Part shown: one piece after another, positions 13,769 to 30,599 of the stretch
Numbering within the stretch: position 1 is the first letter of the stretch
Layout of the letters: each line of letters starts with the position of its first letter
DNA from: the human T2T-CHM13v2.0 reference genome, Homo sapiens
NCBI RefSeq assembly: GCF_009914755.1
Contig: NC_060930.1
Direction: 5' to 3' (one strand)
DNA length: 64,000 nt
Position numbers and translations under genes: made by a program
The notes under the pieces: model-generated
What the model saw: only the letters and a program-made list of their open reading frames with translations
The model's database searches: none
What the model was told of the DNA's origin: nothing

Positions 13769-14190
13769 TTTTTTTTTTCTTTTTTTAATTATTATTATAC
13801 TTTAAGTTTTAGGGTACATGTGCACAATGTGCAGGTTAGTTACATATGTATACATGTGCCATGCTGGTGCGCTGCACCCACTAACTCGTCATCTAGCATT
13901 AGGTATATCTCCCAATGCTATCCCTCCCCCCTCCCCCCACCCCACAACAGTCCCCAGAGTGTGATGTTCCCCTTCCTGTGTCCATGTGTTCTCATTGTTC
14001 AATTCCCACCTATGGGAATTGCGGTGTTTGGTTTTTTGTTCTTGCGATAGTTTACTGAGAATGATGATTTCCAATTTCATCCATGTCCCTACAAAGGACA
14101 TGAAATCATCATTTTTATGGCTGCATAGTATTCCATGGTGTATATGTGCCAGATTTTCTTAATCCAGTCTATCATTGATGGACATTTGGG
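13769..14190 (-). mobile_element. 5'-truncated young L1 3' end (L1PA2-type)
   Basis: Poly(T) then tatactttaagttttagggtacatgtgcac; actaactcgtcatctagc (sense GAG rather than Ta ACA) and gcagcgcacc indicate L1PA2; imperfect TSD GAAAATTTTC/GAAATTTTTC. Confidence 0.92.
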
Positions 14191-15099
14191 AAATTTTTCC
14201 AATAGGTCTCTCAGCAAGGTGAAATGGGATATACATTTTTAAAACTTCAAATATCTCAAAAATATCATTTGATTCACACTTTTGATTAATATTTTTTGAC
14301 TGAAGTAGAGTGCTGGGTTGAAGATCATTTTCCTGTAGGAAAGGTATTTCTTCATCTCTTCCAGTTTTTTTGATGTAAAAGTCCATTATTATTCTTACTT
14401 CAAATCCTTTGATTATGACCTTATTTTTGGTATGTTTTTCTCCCACAAATCCTTATCTCTATTGTTAAAAAATTTTCAGTGATTAAGACTTGAAGTATGT
14501 CAGTTTTCATTCATTTAGATGTATCAAAATAAGGCATGTATGTGTGTTGTTGTTAATTTAGAAATTTGTTATTTAATTCTAAAATAGTATTACTCAAGGC
14601 AATTATTTCATTCAATGGTTTCTTATTCCATTGGTAAATATGGTGCAATGTTTGATGACGCACATAATATTCTCTGTCTGCCTCTTGGTCTTTTTGAGGC
14701 TGAACTTCAAAAGCATTCTTTGACTGTACTTAAAACACTTTAAGGCGAGGGTTAATTTGTGAAGAATTTGTGAATAGGAATTACTTTCTCACCAATTCCT
14801 TAAGGATATATTTGTTTTTAAATTTAACCTACAGAGATTCCAATTCCATTCTCACAGTCGTGCAATAAAATTGACAAACAGTAACTAGACTATTTTATTT
14901 TCTTGCAATAAGAATACATTATACATGACATTACTTAAAAGAGCTGTAGGAAAATAGCACACCTGCTGCTTTTCCCACTAATGGTATATGCTTTTCATCT
15001 ACTAGGGAGAAATTATTCTTTAAAGAGTATGTAAATAATTCTATTTTAAACCAGAGAAAATTATTAATTAACACTATTAACTTCTTAATACAAATGCAT

Positions 15100-15101
<2 letters not shown>

Positions 15102-15143
<42 letters not shown>
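15102..15143. repeat. Compound (TG)n(GA)n microsatellite
   Basis: Seen directly. Confidence 0.95.
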
Positions 15144-15145
<2 letters not shown>

Positions 15146-15428
15146 AAGAGAGATCTAAAATTTAAATACTCACCTATCTAGGACCTAAGGTTAACAACCT
15201 AACCTTCTCTTTGCTTGCTTCATCTCCCATCTACATGCTTCTACATATGCTTTATCACACAGTCTTATAGGCAAACTGCTAATAATATGATGTGTATTGT
15301 GGAATCCACCTGCCCTAACCTAGATTAGGTAAATTTTTTTAATTGTTATTTCAGTCTTCCCAGGTAGGTACAATTTTATTCCAATTTATGGATTAGCAAA
15401 ATTGATGTCAAAAAGATCCAATAACTCA

Positions 15429-15765
15429 GGACAGGCGAGGTGACTCATGCCTATAATCTCAGCATTTTGGTAGACTGAGACAGGGGGCTCACTTGACGTC
15501 AGAAGTTCAAGACCAGCCTGGTCAACATGGCAAAAAGTCATCTCTACTAAAAATACACAAACTAGCTGGGTGTGATGGCACACACTCCTATAATCTCAGC
15601 TACTTGAGAGGTCCTATAATCTCAGCTACTTGAGAGGCTGAGGCAAGAGAATCACTTGAACCTGGGAGGCAGGCGGAGATTGCAGTGAGCCGAGATTATG
15701 CCACTGCACTCCAGCCTGGGTGATGCAGCAAAACTCTGTCTCAAAAAAAAAAAAAAAAAAAAAAA
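15429..15765 (+). mobile_element. AluS-type SINE with internal 26-bp tandem duplication
   Basis: Full dimer with poly(A); tcctataatctcagctacttgagagg at 15586-15611 and 15612-15637. Confidence 0.93.
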
Positions 15766-15967
15766 GAAATCACCTAAAATCATATAACTTGTATATGATA
15801 AATTGAAATTGAGGATTCAAAACCCAGTGGCTAACTCTAATACGTTGATCACCTTCAGGTTACCATTTCTGTGAAATTTTTCCCTAACTTTCCGGCACAC
15901 TTAGACATTACTACCTGCAGTTACTCATACGCCTTACAGATCCTCTTAGTATAAAAATTACATTGTA

Positions 15968-16263
15968 GGCCGGGCACGGTGGCTCATGCCTGTAATCCCA
16001 TCACTTTGGGAGGCCAAGGCAGGCGGTTCACGAGGTCAGGAGATCGAGACCATCCTAATTAACACGGTGAAACCCCATTTCTACTAAAAATACAAAAAAT
16101 TAGCCGGGTGTGGCGAGCACCTGTAGTCCCAGCTACTCAGGAGGCTGAGGCAGGAGAATGGCATGAACCCGGGAGGCGGAGCTTGCAGTGAGCCAAGATT
16201 GAGCCACTGCACTCCATCCAGTCTGGGCGACAGAGCGAGACTCTATCTCAAAAAAAAAAAAAA
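15968..16263 (+). mobile_element. AluY-type SINE
   Basis: ggccgggcacggtggctca...gagatcgagaccatcc...gaatggcatgaacccgggaggcggagcttgcag; 15-bp TSD AAAAATTACATTGTA at 15953-15967 and 16264-16278. Confidence 0.95.
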
Positions 16264-16309
16264 AAAAATTACATTGTAAAGTAATTTTAATTATAAAAAT
16301 GCTTCTTCA

Positions 16310-19707
<3,398 letters not shown>

Positions 19708-21744
19708 AAAATTCTTCTTCAATATACTAAAGCTCTTTAGGGAAATATTATATATGTAATCCACATCCCCTAGGCACATATTAAGACTGAAAAATATTTA
19801 TAGAATAGCTAAATAAAGGAAGAAAATGAATGAAAAAGAAAAGAAGGAAGGAAAGAAATAAGAAAGGTATAAAGCATAAGGATGCTGAAACCATTAAAAG
19901 AGAACATATATATTAAAATAATTCTGGCACATAGCAGGTTTTCAATTAATTTTTGTATAATGTGACAAATTAGTTCCCTGCCCATGTATATGAATAAACC
20001 TTTTATTTATATACTTGCATGTTCTATATGTGAAAGCCAATATTTCTCATGGAAATCTGTCTAATTCTAAGAATTTAGGCCTGTGGCTAGACAAAGACCA
20101 CTGCTAATCCTCACAGCTATTTAAGTACTTTTAATGATGATAGGTTTAAAGTCCCTACAAATGTGAGTTTAATAATGAAGGGAGAAATTATGACATGTAA
20201 GCAACTTTCAGAAGTCTTGTTTAGGATTAGGACTGACAAGATATAGTAGAAGCATGAATGGTAGTTTATGTTTCAGGAGAAAATATAGGGAAATAGACAA
20301 ATAGATATTTCAGTATAGAGTGAGATAATTTCTTAAAGATGTCAGGGCAAGAGTTACAATTTTATTAAGGGCTTAATCTGCATCAGGCCCAATGATAAGT
20401 GTTTTGTATGTTTTATTCTTTTAATCTACAGTCTTCGAAATTCGTACAAATATTTACATCCATTTTACATGAGGATGTACAAAGGCACAAGGATGCCTGG
20501 TATTACTAACTCTTCTTTTCTCCAAAATTCTCTAAAAATTATCCTCAAAAAATTTTTCTCAAAGAGAATACAATGCAAAAGGAAGAAGAGTTTATGAGAA
20601 AACAAATTAGATTCTACTCTAGATTCTGACACTTCCTAGTCAGAGAATACAATCTCTTACTGGGAACAAAAGAGTTTCAAGTTAACACACACTTTTCAAC
20701 TATGACACTGTATGATGTTGTTATTTTTCCTTTAAAATGATAATAAAAATACTATGTGGATAATAGCTCTATTATTTATAGTGCTCTCAATGTCTATTAC
20801 ATGAACTTATTTATCCATTTGCAAATAATTCTTAGCCTCAGTTTCCTTAGCTATAACATGATATTAATGAAAAATACTTGCTCTTGGAACATGGAAATTG
20901 GATTTAAACCAAAGGAACTACTGCGTATGGAAGGGCTGTATATCTAAGGATATTATATTATTTTATTTTCCATTATAAACCTAGGATATATTTTATACCT
21001 CATATTTTAATAGCTTATTTTCTGTCCCATTTTTTAAATAAAAATAATTGTCTGTAACAAAAGTATTTTGGAATCTGTTTTTTTCAAAACAAACAAAAAA
21101 AAAAAACAAAAGCCCAAACCTTAAACCAGTTTCTTTGAATAACTAAAATCAATCTTCTTACTCTACCTGAATTCATCACTCAAAAATCTTTCACAATGAA
21201 TTAATCTGCCTTTACATCCAAGCTAATAAAATTACGGTTGAAGCAATACTTACGTATTATGTAAAGTGAGGTTACGGGTAAACAAACTATTTTAAAATGA
21301 TGCTGTAATTACATCCTCATGAGGTCTATGGTTAGGCAAGTCATTTTGGGCTTTTTATCAACTTATCTGTGCTAAATAAAACTAACATTTTAAAGTAAAA
21401 TAACTTAAATAAAATTTACACTTGGAAATTAACATTTAAGAATAGTAGTATGAAACTACAGTTTAATTATTTCAACCAAGTAAAGGTAAGTACAGGCATA
21501 CAGGACACCAACGACAGATTATTACCATTGTTGTGAATTACAGATGTTAATCATTAAAGGGAATAAAAAAATTCAAGAATATACAAGTTTTCACATGTAA
21601 GTTTGAGGCAGGATAGTAAAAATTCAACTCCAAACACGTTCTATGTGTAAGAGTTTCCAGTGATTTGGAAGTGGTTCCTGCACTCAACAATCTTGATGTT
21701 TAGATAGAAAAAATAAACAAAAAGCTAAGGATAATAAAAATAAT

Positions 21745-21970
21745 TAACGACATGATTCTTAATAGACACTCTTCCTTTAACAGGCTTAACATATATACAT
21801 TATCTAAATCTCACAACAGCTTTAAGAGGTAACATTATTACCTCTATTTGATAAATGAAGAAACTGAGTCTCAGAAAAGTAATATTCCCAACGTCTTACA
21901 GCTGGTATTTGGCAGAATCCAAACTTATATCCAAGCATTCTGTTATCAGTGCCTGAGTCCTTAGTTACTG
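21745..21970 (-). mobile_element. MIR SINE
   Basis: tctcacaacagctttaagaggtaacattattacctctatttgataaatgaagaaactgagtctcaga. Confidence 0.75.
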
Positions 21971-22424
21971 TCCTAGAGTAGACTAAATTGAAAGAAAAAA
22001 TTTACTTCTATAAAATTAACATATTATGAAAAATCTGGAGCATTACCCATATCTTATAAAAATTATGGTTTTCACCTCCAACTTTCCACCTTCATCTCTT
22101 CTCCAAAAAGGGCAGGCAATACATCTCAGTTTTTGTATGTGTATTTCACTAGTACAACAAGTTGGCAAACACAAGGTAAATGTTCAATAATATATTAAAG
22201 CGTCAAAGGTTTCCATGAACATTAAAGAAGGAAATAGACATTTTGAAATATGTCTGTTCTATATTTAGTGAACACATTATCTAATCAAAAAGGTAAGATT
22301 TATTTTATTTATTTTCTTTAGGTCATGCAAAATTGTGGTATCATCTTAAAATTAGAATATAAACCCCATGAGGGCAAAAGTTATTGTCTTTTCTTGTTCA
22401 TTGCTATAAATATAGCAATAAGTG

Positions 22425-22750
22425 TATATTAGTAGGTTCTCACACTGCTAATAAAGACATACCCAAGACTGGGTAATTTATAAAGGAAAGAGGTTTAATG
22501 GACTCACAGTTCTGCAGGGCTGGGGAGGCCTCACAATCATGGCAGAAGGCAAAGGTGTAGCAAAATCAGGTCTTGCAGTCCCCTTTACACAACATCAGAT
22601 CTGTGAGACTTACTATCATGAGAACAGCATGAGAAAGACCCGCCCCCATAATTCAATTACCTCCCACCAGGTCTCTCCCATGACACGTGGAAATTATGGG
22701 AGCTACAATTCAAGATGAGATTTAGCTGGGGACACAGCCAAACCATATAA
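22425..22750 (-). mobile_element. THE1C-type MaLR solo LTR
   Basis: ctgctaataaagacatacccaagactgggtaatttataaagg...ggggacacagccaaaccatat; near-TSD AAGTG/ATGTG. Confidence 0.9.
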
Positions 22751-23437
22751 ATGTGTAATGCCCATGTCAGAAAAAAAAATTGTGAAATTCTTTGAAATGA
22801 AGAAAAATGATTCTTGTGTGTTCTATCAAGCACATCCTTCTGGGATATCCCTCTCTTTCATTGTGTTTGAGTTGTTTTACAATTTGGTAAATTGTAGCAC
22901 ACTATTAATAATGCTAATAATGCTTGGTCGTTGACATGCAATTTGTGTCCAATGGAGATACAATTGATTATTGGATTGTGGATGTTTATCAATTTTGCAT
23001 CTATTTGTACATTCATTTCAATATACATTGTTGCCTCTGTGTGTGTTTGTGTGTGTGTGTGTGGCGGTGGTGGTGGCAAATTAAACTTTAAATGAGTTCG
23101 AACATTGTGCTAGTTTTCTCTTCAATTGATGAGTTAAATTAAACTTTTATCGTGTATTGATATGTAAGAGTTATGATTTTACCTTAAACATTATTTTTAA
23201 CATCTAAATTAGTAAACAAAGGCATACCAAATACTAGATAACTAATAAATATATGTATATTAATCTATAAAGGTTAATATAACTTAATAATAGAATACTA
23301 AATTAATAATTGAATTAATGAGTGAATAAGATATTTTTCATGAAATATCACAGTTAATTTTTATGGTCTCTATTAGTCTGCATTCATTGTTATAATATGC
23401 TTGGCCAGGTGACTGAGAACACTTGCAAAAACTATAA

Positions 23438-23441
<4 letters not shown>

Positions 23442-23511
<70 letters not shown>

Positions 23512-23712
23512 AGATAAGATCTTGCTCTGTCACCCAGGCTGGAGTGTAGTGGAGTGCTCACAGTTCACTGCAGCCTCAACCTCCCGCGGCTTAGGTGATC
23601 CTCCCACCTCAACCTCCTGAGTAGCTAGGATTACAGGCACATGCCATCACACTTGGCTAATTTTTCTATTTTTTTTTTTTTGTAGAGATGAGGTTTCACC
23701 ATGTTGCCTAGG
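23442..23712 (-). mobile_element. 5'-truncated AluJ with (TA)n/(T)n tail
   Basis: (TA)n then a long T run, then the Alu right arm and part of the left arm ending at atgttgcctagg. Confidence 0.9.
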
Positions 23713-23740
23713 AATCAATACTTTTCTAAACGATGTATGG

Positions 23741-23800
23741 ATTTTCACTCTTTATAGATTAATTTTACTCTTTATAGATTAATTTTACTCTTTATAGATT
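23741..23800. repeat. 20-bp unit tandem repeat x3
   Basis: attttcactctttatagatt followed by 2x aattttactctttatagatt. Confidence 0.9.
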
Positions 23801-24372
23801 CACCCTTTAAGTTTACTATGCATATTAGATTAACTTTTCAAATATGCACAACATATTTCATGTATTTCAGTAGTACTTGATACATATCACCCCCTCTGGC
23901 TATCCAAAATAAAATAATTGTGTTATATAGAAAATGTGTACTTGCAAAAGAATTCCATTATAATTTGAAAACTCAGAAAGCATATGGGGCCAATACTTCT
24001 GAATTTGGCCACTGTACTTTTTGATATCAGATAAGATACAGAAATAATTTATATATGATAAAAAGAAACTCAATTTGATTTCCACAAAATTTATAGTTCT
24101 AGACATTTAGAAATGTGTTTATTTTTAATGAGTGTAACAAGGCTATTGCTAAGATAACAAGACATATGTTGAACTGGCTAATTTTCTTCAAGATGCAATG
24201 AGCCCTCTTGGGAAGTAGGCCTTGTGCTGGACACTAAGGAAATTTGAAGTTATAATGTCTAAGTTTTCATAATATAGTGCAGAATATGGAAACATGAGAA
24301 GTAAAAATGTTACACAATATGTGTTATTGCAGAGGTACAATTATATATACACATATGTATCATTTATGTAAC

Positions 24373-24478
24373 AGTCTATTCCTGATATATACATATATGT
24401 GTGTATATATGTATATACATATATCAGAGGAATATAATGTATACATATATACATATATGTATATATCAGGAATAGACT
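24373..24478. repeat. Perfect 28-bp inverted repeat with a 50-bp TA-rich spacer
   Basis: agtctattcctgatatatacatatatgt (24373-24400) and acatatatgtatatatcaggaatagact (24451-24478) are exact reverse complements. Confidence 0.95.
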
Positions 24479-25019
24479 AGAATAACTATTGACTGATAAT
24501 TGTGAGTTACTGTTATGTCTATCCTATTTACAGGGTCTCTAAGCAAGACCAGTGTCATTGTCTGCAATGCTTCTTCTATCTTCTTTTTTATTAACAACAT
24601 AAATCATGGATTTTACAGAGTGAGAATTTCATTGGACGAAGGGTAGTCCAATTTTAGTGCTTGATTGCATATTTCTTTGCAATTGGAGAGGCAATTAAAA
24701 ATTAAGAGTAACAAACATCTTCTCAAAATAGTAAATTTGAGGACAAATATGAAATTATGACTGCTGATGGACTAGGCTCACATGTTCCAATTTGCTGTTT
24801 GCAAGGTTGACACCAAAAAATTATTACAATTTCTATCATTCTGAACAAGTTTATATGGATGCATTTGCTGCAATTAAGAGAAAAATATAGTTTGTTCAGG
24901 CTTATCAATTTTTATTCTCACATAATTAGATGCTGAGTAAAACTTTCGTTTTAGAGATGTAGAAATCATGATAGAGAATGACCATCTGCTCAACATATAT
25001 ACGTGTTGTATCAAATCAC

Positions 25020-25255
25020 TGCAGTACTTAAGTACAGAGGCTCTAGAGTCAAAAACCCTGGGGGAAGAAATCTTGGTGTGTTTGCTTTCTACCTTTCTTA
25101 CACTGAATAAATTACTGAACACAGTTTCCCCATCAGTGAAAAGAAGGTAATGCTTGTTCTTATCCCACAAAATCATTGTGAGGACTAAATTATATAAATC
25201 ATAAAAATACTTTTGAGAACTCAGACCTTCCAAATAGAAAGTTAGTAAATTTATT
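25020..25255 (+). mobile_element. MIR SINE
   Basis: ggctctagagtcaaa...cagtttccccatcagtgaaa...ttgtgaggactaaat. Confidence 0.7.
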
Positions 25256-26096
25256 ACTTTAATGAAATAGTATATGCGTGAAGAAATCCAATAATCAGGT
25301 TTTGTTAAAAAACCCCTCTATCCCATATCTTAGTCTAACTTACATAGCCAAACATACCTGACAGTTCATATAAAAAAATCTACATTAAGAAAATTTTGAC
25401 AATTTGAATAAGGTTTCTTATGGAATTAGGTCTCATTATTTTGGAAGAAAGTAATTTGTTTGATTGGCTATATTTAAAGTATTCATTTCTTCTAATCTTG
25501 TTTTATCACACTTAGCAGAGTTACAGAAGATTGTAAATGTAATTTTTTGATTAATGCCACTCCGTGTTAAGGGTCCTCAAATTATGAAGGGCAGAGATTC
25601 TAATATCTCCTACTCATCAAAATATTCCCAGTGTCTCGTAGGGTTCTTGGTATATAACGGATGTTTTAAAAATATTTTATTTGATTAATAGTCAACAATG
25701 TAAGTGAATAAATGATAATTTAATTCATTTTTGCTCATAAATAATTTTATTGTTCGGAGTTTGAGGAATTTTACCTTCAAATTTCCTGTGGGTCTCTTCT
25801 TACAAAAAATCACTTTTAACATTTATTACAATTCTATCAAATCTTGGTGACGTGTTATACTTTCATCAGCACTTGCAAAAATATTTAGTATTTCTAAAAA
25901 AATACTCTGATGTAAATCTATTATGTAAGCTTTAGATTTCATTCTACTTGAATTATTTATCTAAGGTATATAGAGTAATTTTTCTGGTAAATTGAAAATA
26001 AGATTCTATATATTCTGATCTCTGAAATGAATTATATATCCCTCTGTAATAGTATAACATAGTTTTTATAGCTGTAAATTAAATGAGAAATTAGTG

Positions 26097-26222
26097 GGCC
26101 AGCACAGTGGCTCATGCCTGTAATCCCAGCACTTTGGGAGGCTGAGGCCAGAGGATCGCTTGAAAACAGTGGCTCAAGATCAGCCTGGGTAATGAAGTGA
26201 GACACTGCCTGCACATTAAAAA
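26097..26222 (+). mobile_element. Alu left monomer (FLAM_C-like)
   Basis: ggccagcacagtggctcatgcctgtaatcccagcactttgggaggctgagg...aggatcgcttga; single arm ending in A-rich sequence. Confidence 0.85.
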
Positions 26223-26954
26223 TAATAGTGAAAGTATTTTGTGTGGATTGTCTTTAAGTCTGTGTGTGGAGTGGGGTGGAGATGGGTTGTTTGTTTTTGA
26301 GAGAGTCGATCTGTCATCCAGGCTGGGGTGTTAGTGTTCTTAAGTTTTGAAATATGTATGCATATTTTTGTATCAAAACACATAAAAGCATAAATACTTT
26401 AAGCATTTCAATGCAATTTTGCTTCCAAATTATATGCTAATTTTTATTATGTATTTTGCATATTATGTATAGTTTAATCTTGGAAAGTTATTGAATATGT
26501 ATTTGATTTAATTTGATCTTCCCTTATATTCTCACATTTTTGATACCTTTTGTGCAGCTGTGCTACAAAATCTAACGCATCTGAAAATTTTTATAATAAC
26601 TGAACTTTTCACATTTTATGGCTAATTCTGCCTTTTAACCTTTTCCTTGATCCTCTATGAACAATTTAGTGTAACATTTAATTATAATTACCAGAACACA
26701 ACAAAACATGAAAATGAAGTTAAATGTAGGATATTACATTTTTGTGTTCAAATAGTTTCAATTTTTAATTTAATATCTGATTATTTTGTGAGAATTAAAT
26801 GTACAATTACATGTAAATAGAACCTTCAAATACATAGATTAACAATTAAAAAAACACTTGTTGTCATGACATGCAAACCCCAAGAGCAGGCCTGTTATAT
26901 ATGATTTTTTTAAATGTCTATGATTTTTATTAGTAACATTTTATAAATGCATTA

Positions 26955-27460
26955 TGGGGTAATGTATTCTTTAATTACCTACATTTTACCATTCCACAAC
27001 ATATACATACCTCAAAACATCATACTGTAAATTATAAAAACACTTATGTGACAGTTAAAAAAATAAATTGTGATACACACACACAAACATAGAGAGACAG
27101 ACAGAATGGCGTACTATTCAGCCTGAAAAAACAAAGAAATCCTGCCATTTGAAACAACATAGGTAAATCTGGAGGACATTATGCTAAGTGAAATAAGCCA
27201 GACACAGAGAGAAAAATAGTGCATGATCTCACTTATATGTGGAATCTAAAACAGTACATCTCTTAGAAGCAGAGAGCAAACAGTTGTTATGAAGAATGAG
27301 GAGGTGGGAAAATGGGGAAATTTTGGGCAAAAAGCACAAAGTTGCAGCTATGTAGGATGAATAAGTCTAGATGTCTAATGTAAAGTAATCATTTCACTAT
27401 GTATATGTCTATAAAAAATTGTGTTGTATACCCTAAATATGCCCAATTTTATTAAAAATA
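26955..27460 (+). mobile_element. Two adjacent L1MA-type 3' end fragments
   Basis: cattccacaacatatacatacctcaaaacatcat...; gaaatcctgccatttgaaacaac...ggaggacattatgctaagtgaaataagccagacacag. Confidence 0.75.
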
Positions 27461-27656
27461 ACTTTTTTTAAAAAAAATTTTAAATGTTTATATACTGCTA
27501 GATGGCAGGTGGGTGGAAATTATATAGCTACATCAGGGGTAGTCTACGTTATGAGAGAACAAGTTCTCCAGACAGATGGTTTGCTGAGTTAGTGTTTCTC
27601 AAGGATATATTCCAGACATACTTTTCCTTACAGCCAACGTGGAATAAAAGTCCAAC

Positions 27657-27982
<326 letters not shown>

Positions 27983-28828
27983 TCACCCTGGCCTGCACAG
28001 TAACTCTCTTCTTTGTTTATTCAGAGGCATGAGGAGTCCAAAGTGGCCATATGGCAGTCTTAACTTCCATTTCAATGGAATAATTGTTGTGTCTCCTGGT
28101 GGAAGCATTCTCCTTTTTGGAACTAACGGATTTAGGCCAGCAGAGCACAAGGTCACAGAAACAGGAAGTAAGCATTTTGCTACTGGGTCAGTAGGAGTAA
28201 CAGTGAGTGGTACCACTTTCATTTCCACTCTCTAAATGTTGGACCGTGAATCATATACATGAAGCATATACAGCCTTCTAGAGAACATTTTCCCAGCCCT
28301 TCAAGATGTTGCCACCTAGCTGGTACTGTAACCAGCTCTTCAAAACACAATTTCACTGTTTTATCAAACCACTTACTTCAGGTTGATGGGAAGACATGGA
28401 AACACTGGTGAAATCTATGAGTGTGGTTTCACTGCCACACTTCATTTGCCATGAAGTGAATTCCTTAGAATCAATGTTGTGTGAAATACCATGATGATAG
28501 AAATGTATTCTGTAAGCCCATGAATGGTAGTTCTAGCAGAAGGATTGCATGTAGGGAATACAAATCCACATCCAAAGTATCTAATATAGCAAGAACAAAA
28601 TGCTGCCTCTTTTATGACAGAAGTGTCTCATGTTATTAACTTGCCATCAGAAAGCTGGCTGATCACCTTTGAGTGTCATGTGAGGGCCTCAGTGTTTATC
28701 GTTGCTGCTGGCAAATTGAGCACTGAGCGATGGCTTTAGCCAGGTCAACCATGGTGACTGGAAGTCCACGTTGCTGGGCCCATGCATAATTTCCATCCTT
28801 GCCACCATGGCCACTTTTTCTAAACTGA

Positions 28829-28920
28829 TTTTTTTTTTTTTCAATTTTACTTTAAGTTCTGGGATACATGTGCTGAACATGCAGGTTTGTTACATAGGTA
28901 TACATGTGCCATGGTGGTTT
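28829..28920 (-). mobile_element. Very short L1PA 3' end (~92 bp)
   Basis: Poly(T)-caattttactttaagttctgggatacatgtgctgaacatgcaggtttgttacataggtatacatgtgccatggtggttt; flanks CTAAACTGATTTT / CTAAACCCATTTT. Confidence 0.88.
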
Positions 28921-29711
28921 CTAAACCCATTTTAAAGTCATATGTTGAAAGCATTTGAAGATAGGGCTCAATGAAACCACTGAGAAGTCACTGAAAAAAC
29001 TGGGGAATCATGACTGGTATCCATAGAAAAAGTCATCCTATCAACTTGATTATTGTAATCATCCTCTGCAGAGGTCACTGTTTACCAAGCATCTGAGTGA
29101 AAACAAATATTTTCACATTATTTGCCCATTCAGAAAGGTCTATTATACACACCTCTTACCAGACCTCCTCAACACTGATTTTCCAGTCAAGTCACTTCCA
29201 AGTGCCTGGCCATCCATTCTAACCGGAAAATTCAACTTAACTCATGATCTGCTAGCCTTCCCAGCCTTCTGATTCCCCTCGCCCACCATCAATTACTCTC
29301 ACAGTCATCTCTCTAATAAAATCTTTGATTAATCCTGTCTTATTGTTTGTTTCTCAAAGAAATTAATCTAACAAAGGTATTGTTAGTGGAGATCAGCAAC
29401 ACAGAGTACGGCATTTGACATGAAATAACTAATCACTGACTCTTTTGTTTTCCATATCCATAAACAGGAAGTATCTAAAGCAGTTTACTTTTAGATGAAA
29501 TGGACAACAGTATATCTTTACAGTCTTGCCTCATGGCAATGAGTGCTCCTACTTTATCTAACAGAGTAGCTCAGAAGTCTTGATTGTTTTGGAATTTCAC
29601 AAAATAGCACTCTTGCCCATTTATAAATTATGTTCTCTTAATTAGACTACTAATAACATAAGAAATGTCTTAAATGTTCTAGTAATTACATACATGGCAG
29701 TGAGTCTGGAG

Positions 29712-30077
29712 TGTTTTAGTCCATTTTCTTTTGCTATAATTACAAATTACCCTGAGACTGGGTGATTTATAAAGAAAATAAGTTATTTTGGTCTGGTTCC
29801 TAGAGACTGAGAAGTCCAAGGTCAGGGAGGCGTATCTGGTGAGAGCCGTGTCGTAACTTAGTGAAGGGTATCACATGGTGAGAGAGCAATAGCATGTCAG
29901 TTAGGGCTTTTCTTCCTCTTCTTATAAAACCACCTGTCCCGTTATGGGCCTCATTCTATTGACCTTATCTAATCCTAGTTATCTTCCAAAGGCATCAAAT
30001 CTGATTCCCATTGACATATAATTTGGGGAATTAAGTTTTCAATACATGATATTTACAGAAAAAATCAAACCACGGCA
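29712..30077 (-). mobile_element. MST-type (MSTC-like) MaLR solo LTR
   Basis: tgttttagtccatt...ctgagactgggtgatttataaagaa...gagaagtccaagg...tcaaaccacggca. Confidence 0.8.
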
Positions 30078-30308
30078 GGTGTAGAACACAAAGATTCAGA
30101 GATCAATTGTAAGTAAAATTTTGAGAAGGTCCTTTGGTCCGAAATATCTTAGAATATTTCTTTTCTCTTAAAAGATGCCATCACTCTTCTTATCTCTCAT
30201 CACCAAGCATAATTCACAGCACTTGATAAGTCTCTTTAGATTTGTAGCTAGCAAACATTTGGAAACACTGCTCCAACCTGTCTTTTTTAGTTTATTCAAA
30301 AGGCTGCT

Positions 30309-30599
30309 TGGCTCACGCCTGTAATCCCTGCGCTTTGGGAGGCCGAGGGGGGTGGATCATGAGGTCAGGAGATTGAGACCATCTTGGCTAACACGGTGAA
30401 ACCCCGTCTCTACTAAAAAATACAAAAAATTACCTGGGCTTGGTGTCGGGCGCCTGTAGTCCCAGCTACTCAGAAGGCTGAGGCAGGGGAATGGCGTGAA
30501 CTCGGAAGGCGAAGCTTGCAGTGAGCCCAGATCGCGCCACTGCACTCCAGCCTGGGCGACAGAGCAAGACTCTGTCTCAAAAAACAAAATTAAATTTAA
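30309..30599 (+). mobile_element. AluY-type SINE, slightly 5'-truncated
   Basis: gagaccatcttggctaacacggtg, gaatggcgtgaac; TSD AAAAG(G/A)CTGCT at 30298-30308 and 30600-30610. Confidence 0.93.

Noticed and set aside
22400-22419. Short hairpin attgctata-aa-tatagcaat
   Set aside because: 9-bp AT-rich arms are expected by chance in 64 kb of this composition
23741-23800. CRISPR-like array
   Set aside because: Head-to-tail repeats with no spacers, in primate DNA with no cas genes
27983-28228. Intact dUTPase gene
   Set aside because: Fragment of decayed ERV-L pol, frameshifted, with an Alu inserted just downstream
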